A DNA stretch of 64,000 nt from Octopus vulgaris. Lineage: Eukaryota. Of this stretch, positions 58,244 to 64,000 are shown piece by piece (the first letter of the stretch is position 1; each line of letters starts with the position of its first letter). The position numbers were made by a program, and so were the translations under genes. Under the pieces are notes generated by a model that did no database searches, had not been told where the DNA came from, and worked only from the letters and a program-made list of their open reading frames with translations. The stretch is from NCBI GenBank assembly GCA_951406725.2, contig OX597834.1:46902042-46966041 (forward strand), written 5' to 3'.

Positions 58244-60985
58244 CTAGCAGAATTGCCCGGCGTTGCTCGGGGCTGAATTGCTTAAAAGTACTGTTAATGA
58301 TTGCACTGAATTATGATGATTATTCAGGCAAATATTGATATAAGTTTACGGTGAATGAATGTATTTGTAAGTGTATAGAAAGCCATGTAAAGGGGTTCCT
58401 ACCCCCTCGTAGAATGGTGTAAGAATTGAATGCGAGGTTGCCTTGAAAAGAGCCATGTTATTGTTCTCATAACTGTAAGAATTTGATAGTCATGGAAGGC
58501 GATGTAAAACGTTCGCAGGTGAATAGGGTCTCTTCGTTTTGCACGAACGGCAGCGGATGTGCTGTTACAAAACTTCATGCTGTGTTAAAAGAGAGTGGAT
58601 TTCCTATGTAGGCAAGAGAGGAATGAAGCATGGGTAAGTAAATATGGGTAATTTATAAAATATAGAACAATACCATCTACTCACCATATGTCAGACCGGC
58701 AAGCTGATTAGATGAATCACAATACAGTGGTGGAGATGTTTTCATTAATGGGCGTTTTGATTAAATTTGTTGTTGTATAAAATGATCTGTTGCTTAGTTT
58801 CCAAAGTGTATGTTGCGATCGTGTTGTAGCTTATGTAAACTTTAACAGTGAGAGTGTAGATGTAGGGGGTAGATGTGTCATGTACGTTGGATATAGAAGA
58901 TGAGACTGGTGGTTTGATGATGAATGGATAGAAATAGAGGTGAGCGAAGGACAGGTGTTGGTTAAGTGTGAATTAATGTCATGAAACGCCTAGAAATGTA
59001 AATGCCATCATAAAAGAGAGTCATATGTAAGTGAAATACTAACGTGTTCGAAAATGATGAAACGTAGTAATCCTATAAAACCTCCTTGTACACAATGTTT
59101 TTCGTTGTGGAACAAATGCGAAAGCATCACTGTTGCTGCCGACACGTGAGCAGCCAACATAAAGCTGACCATGAGAGAAACATGGCTCTCCCAAATGTAT
59201 TCCCGCCACAGACAGTGTTTGACTCTGCGCTTTGTTAATTGACATTGCGAAACATGGCCTTACTGGGAACTGGGACCTCCGAAATATGAAAGGTAGGTCT
59301 GCTCCTGATGGGAAAAGATGCATCCTAGGTATGAGCACAACGTTGCCTTGACCGCACCCTGTGATAATGGTGGCCTCAATCAGATTGGGAGATAAGGACT
59401 TAACGATCAAACGTGTACCATTACATTGTTTTGGGGGAACCAAATTTCTAATGAGCATTATAGGGGCACCAACTTTAAGTTTGAGAATGTGTGGTGGTAG
59501 TCCGGGGGGCTCAAAGGAATTGAGTACCTCTATTGGATAATTGATGACGTCCTCTGGGTCAGGAGTTGTATCGATAGACTTATATACATAGACATCCCCA
59601 GGAATGAGTTTTAGCATTTCATCATTAATATGGTGAACAGTTTTATTCCTCGGGGCCAAAATAGCCCTTTGGCCAATCCAATCCATATTCTGATAATTAG
59701 CTTGTAGATCTGGGAACACTGCATCTCTGAGATCAAAAGGCGTGTTAACAATGGTACAAATGGAATTGATGGCAATATTACCATTTTCATCCCCTGGTAT
59801 TTTGCCTTCGCCAAGTGCAAGGAGGGTGTGAGAAAATGCTGCTGATGTGATATCACGTCGCATATGAGCACGCATATTGGTGGGAAGCTTGAGAGTCTTC
59901 ACCAGTGGCCACAATGTGGATGACTTAAGACACGCACTTACTGCATCAGCTCTAGTCCCTTTGGGAATAATGGGAAGTGTTTGTCGGAAATACCCTGAAA
60001 GAAGAAGTGTTATGTCTCCCATGGGAGCTGAAGAGTGTTTGATGTCTCTGAGAGATCTATCTAGTGCCTCAAGAGCACCTCTGTGGGCCATCGTGCATTC
60101 ATCCCAAACGATAAGCTTGCGTCGTCTGAAGACTTCTGCCTGATCGGAGCTGTTACTGATGTTGCAAGTTGGTGTCTCAGTCTTCGCTAAGTCAAGTGGG
60201 AGCTTGAAAGTAGAGTGAGCTGTCCTGCTGCCTGGCAACAAAGTAGCCGCAATTCCAGATGATGCCACAGCTAGGGCAATGCCTTGTGTTCGCCTAATCT
60301 CAGCCAATATTAATTTGTTGACAAAAGTTTTCCCAGTGCCCCCAGGAGCGTCCAGGAAAAAAATCCCCCCAGCTTTGGCCCGAACTGAATTAACAACGGA
60401 GTTGTAAGCGAACTTCTGTTCTGGAAGGAGCTTTGGCTCATTGTCGGCTATGTACTCGGCAAGCTCGTCAACATTAAAACATGTCTCACGCAGCAAATGT
60501 GAAGACAGAGTGTTTGTGCCTTCCCGGTTTGTTGAAGGTAGGCCATAGACCGGCAAGGCACTACCGCCCATATCGAGTACAGTATCTTCGATTTCAAGCA
60601 GTGCCCTGTTGTAAATGAGGTCAGTGTACCCGACCTCCATTGATGGATGTAGCGATTGAGCGTGACGCAGGAAATCTTCAGACATATCATCTTTGTAGGT
60701 AAGCCTACAAAGATGTATCACATAATACGCCATCAACAGTTCTGATGTCTTGAAAACTTTGTGGGCCTAAAACCTCATGGAGGAGAAGGCGCAGGTGAAA
60801 ACACTCATGTTGGTTTGGAGGTACAGTGTAGCTGAAAGAAATTTTTTATGCAAGTATAGCGACAGAGTGTGTAAAATGTATTGAAATATGAGTTAAAAGC
60901 AAGAAAATAAAGTTAGATTTGCAAGAATGGAAGTAGTTTACGTACATGTTCGAAATGTGAAGTGTTTTAGTTGTTTAATCAAATA
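58244..60985 (-). mobile_element. Helitron (3' end and helicase; Rep domain not seen)
   Basis: 3' terminus CCCGAGCAACGCCGGG..CTGCTAG|T at 58244-58275 in (TA)n; PIF1-type helicase ORF. Confidence 0.88.
59039..60736 (-). pseudogene. Helitron PIF1-family helicase domain, decaying
   Basis: FFLDAPGGTGKT, IVWDECTM, GYFRQTLP (normally GDFRQ), LKVGAPIMLIRNL, AMSINKAQSQTL (normally KSQGQT), HGQLYVGCSRV. Confidence 0.85.
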
Positions 60986-60987
60986 TT

Positions 60988-61781
60988 TGCTTCTGTGCCG
61001 GTGGCACATAAAAAGCACCATCCGAACGTGGCCGACGGCAGCACCGCCCCGACTGGCTTCTGTGCCGGTGGCACATAAAAAGCACCATCCGAACGTGGCC
61101 GATGGCAGCACCGCCCCGACTGGCTTCTGTGCCGGTGGCACATAAAAAGCACCATCCGAGCGTGGCCGACGCCAGCACCACCTCGTCCGGCTTCTGTGCC
61201 GGTGGCACATAAAAAGCACCAACCGATCGTGGGATCCCAGAACATCTCGCTGTGCTTGAGGAGACCTGTTGAGTCAAGTGCATGTACATGAACATCGAAC
61301 CAAATATCAATGGAAACAGTAGTTGTGATACCTGTGCCGGTGACACATAAAAAGCACCATCCGAACGTGGCCGTTGCCAGTGCAGCCTCCACTGGCTTCT
61401 GTGCCGGTGGCACATAAAAAGCACCATCCGAACGTGACCGATGCCAACCCTGCCTCGAATGGCTTCTGTGCCGGTGGCACATAAAAAGCACCATCCGAAC
61501 TTGACCGATGCCAGCACCGCCTTGACTGGCTTCTGTGCCAGTAGCACATAAAAAAGCACCAACTGATCGTGGCCGATGCCAGACCCCTCTGGCACCTGTG
61601 CAGGTGGCACCTAAAAAGCACCCACTACACTCGCGGAGTGGTTGGCGTTAGGAAGGGCATCCAGCTGTAGAAACATTGCCAGATCAGACTGGAGCCTGGG
61701 GCAGCCCCTGGCTCCCCAGACCCCGGTCAAACCGTCCAACCCGTGCTAGCGCGGAAAACGGACGTTAAACGATGATGATGA
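60988..61781 (+). mobile_element. RTE 3' region with expanded ~60-bp hairpin repeats and terminus
   Basis: About nine copies of TGTGCCGGTGGCACATAAAAAGCACCATCCGAACGTGGCCG, then the shared terminus and (GAT)n. Confidence 0.85.
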
Positions 61782-61836
61782 TATATATATATATATGCAT
61801 GTATTTATATATGCATATATATATAAATGCATATAT

Positions 61837-62576
61837 ATTTTTTTTTTTAACTCAGAGCTGCGGCCATGCTGATGCACCGCTGTCCTGTGCTACACTGTTA
61901 TTACTAAGAGCCTCGTCTAATATGTGGCACTTGGTGAAGAATGGTGTTTGATATAGCTACCCTCATTTGCACCTCTTGCCGTGAGGTAGGTTCATCTGGG
62001 ACTCTTGACAGGAAGATGTCCAGCTTTGATTTAAAAACTGTAACATCTACTTTGTGCAAGTTCCTCAGACTCTTTGGGAGAATATTAAAAAGCTGTGGGC
62101 CCTTGAAACCCAGGCTGTTGCAGTAGCTGGTCCTAAAGCATGATGGCATTGCTGGGATCTTTGGCACTATGCAGTGTCGTCCTGTTTTAGCATTGGTGTA
62201 GCTTACAATGCCAAAATTTGGCACAATTCCTTCCAGGATCTTCCAGATAAATATTACTGCATACCTCTCCTGTCTTCTCTCCAGGGAGTAGAGTCTTAGC
62301 TGTTTCAACCATTCCCAGTAGCTGAGCTGTTGCAAAGAGACGATCTTCTTTGTGAATCTTCTCTGGATTACTTCAAGGTCCGCTGTTAATTTCACATTGG
62401 TGATTTAATGTTTTTTATAACCCAGGCTTCTTTTTCTGCTTTCTCCCTCACATAGGATTGTTGCACCTTTTTTTCGATCTCCATGAGTGTTGTTTTTAGG
62501 TGGGACATTTCGCTACTTTTGGGATGTTGGTTGAGTCGATTTGCAACCTTCGTCCGTCACCTCATGAGGATCTTCC
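61837..62576 (-). mobile_element. Internally deleted copy of the 30507-32760 LINE subfamily, flanked by (TA)n
   Basis: 61850-62400 matches 30530-31084; 62401-62575 matches 32440-32613. Confidence 0.88.
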
Positions 62577-62819
62577 TATATATATATAATTATGAATCCT
62601 TTCAACCTTGCTTCTTCTACCTACTATCTTTGTACATATCATCATTATTCTGTCTAGTTCAGTAACATGCCATTCATGTAAATATACTTTTCGATTAGTC
62701 TTGTCTTCCTGTTGCTCCCGAAGATAACCTATATTCATTGATTCACTTAACTATTAAAGTCTTAACACTCAGCCACTTATCTATATCCTAAAATTTGTCT
62801 TTCTCAGATTTTTCAAACC

Positions 62820-64000
62820 TACTTTCTTGGTCTCACGATTAGCAGTTAGAGGTGCACCCGCCCTCCCGCCCCCTCCACCTATACCCGGAAGTTCCTATTC
62901 TTTGCCATCCTTGGGTTGCCTCCCATGAAGACTGCAAAAGCCCTTTCGCCATCCCCACCCCCAGTCTCGGCCTATCTCCTATGTAAGGTAATGTTCATAT
63001 AGTGCAAAAAAAGGGTGGTGTGATGCAGGTTGAACTGAAGGCTACTGTATTGCTTGCTCATGAATTCTGCCAAATGCGAGTTTTCTTTTCAGGTACATGA
63101 AGCTACTGCCCACTGTCCCAGGGTCTCTAGGGCCCATACCACCCACACCATCAGGGTTGATACCCTCAACGTTGGCACACTGAAAGGTAGGTCTGGCAAG
63201 ATTGTCGAGATGCTTGAACGGAGATGTGTTGATATATGTTGCATCCAAGAAGTTAGGTGGAGAGGAGGTTCTGCTAGGTTCCTCACAGGCAAAGAACGCA
63301 GGTACAAGATTTTCTGGGCAGGGAACACTGACGGGGTTGGGGGCATGGGTATACTTCTCACTGAAAAATGGGTAGATAAGGTAATTGAGGTAATCAGAGT
63401 ATGTGACAGAATACTAAGATTAGATTAGTGCTTCATCATGGATTAGCAACCATTATATCGGCCTATGCCCCTCAGCCGGGGCTACCCGATGGACAGAAAG
63501 ACCGATTCTATGACACCCTACTGCAGACTACCTCGTTGACAAATGACAGAGACCTTCTCTTTGTGGCTGATGACTTCAATGGGCATGTTGGACAACATGC
63601 TGGGGGCTTCCATGGTGTACATGGAGGCTATGGTTATGGTTCCCATAACGAGGAGAGAACCAGGCTGCTGGAGTTCTGCGATGCAAATGATCTTATGGTT
63701 TGCAACACTAACTTCAGGAAACCTACAAGCCACCTAGTCACCTACCGATCAGGCTGAAACACCAGCCAAATTGACTACATCCTTGCCAGAAAAAGGGAAA
63801 GATGTCTGCTTATAAATGTCAAAACCTTCCCAGGCAAAGAATGTACCCAACAACATAGACTGGTAGTTAGTGACTTTAGGATCAGGACTAAGAGGATGAT
63901 CAGAAGAAGACCAACATGGAGAAGAAGGATCTAGAAGCTTAAAGATCCTGCGAACAGACAGAGATTTAGGGACATATTACCTGAAGCCTTTGACGAAGTA
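62820..64000 (+). mobile_element. RTE-clade LINE 5' end: 5' UTR and APE endonuclease, with stops; runs out of the window
   Basis: TLNVGTL..DICCIQEVRW, ISAYAPQ, DDFNGHVG, NTNFRK, SQIDYIL, QHRLVV. Confidence 0.88.

Noticed and set aside
59039-60736. Cellular PIF1 helicase gene
   Set aside because: Intronless, has motif substitutions, and is linked to a Helitron hairpin-CTAG terminus
60988-61625. CRISPR-like repeat/spacer array
   Set aside because: Linkers are short and related to each other, there are no cas genes, and the array is contiguous with an RTE 3' terminus in a eukaryotic genome

Overview
Eukaryotic, AT-rich, microsatellite-saturated animal DNA. The repeat landscape (tRNA-head SINEs, RTE/CR1 LINEs, huge (TA)n arrays) resembles an octopus/coleoid cephalopod genome; this is an inference, not a database result. 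Two host genes are visible, both on +. (1) A spliced WS/DGAT-fold acyltransferase-like gene with coding exons 10892-12802, 43032-43145 and 48974-49174, all phase 0 and continuing beyond what I can find. Its catalytic HHxxxDG motif reads HPCMSDS and it has a C-terminal coiled coil. (2) An intronless BACE1-like aspartic protease (26360-27889) nested on the same strand in the 30-kb intron of gene 1. Its best ATG is followed by one in-frame TGA in the signal-peptide region, which could reflect A-to-I stop recoding, a splice bypass or young pseudogenisation. The rest is transposon debris that appears partitioned by microsatellite: CR1/L2-like LINEs and Helitrons in (TA)n, a Dong/R4-like element in (TAA)n, and a Tx1-like element in (GATA)n with a ~50-bp duplicated target. 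There are also RTE, CRE-like, mariner/hAT MITE and Penelope-like inverted-repeat remnants carrying hammerhead-ribozyme motifs. No rRNA, true tRNA or CRISPR was found. Most short ORFs in the track are microsatellite translations.
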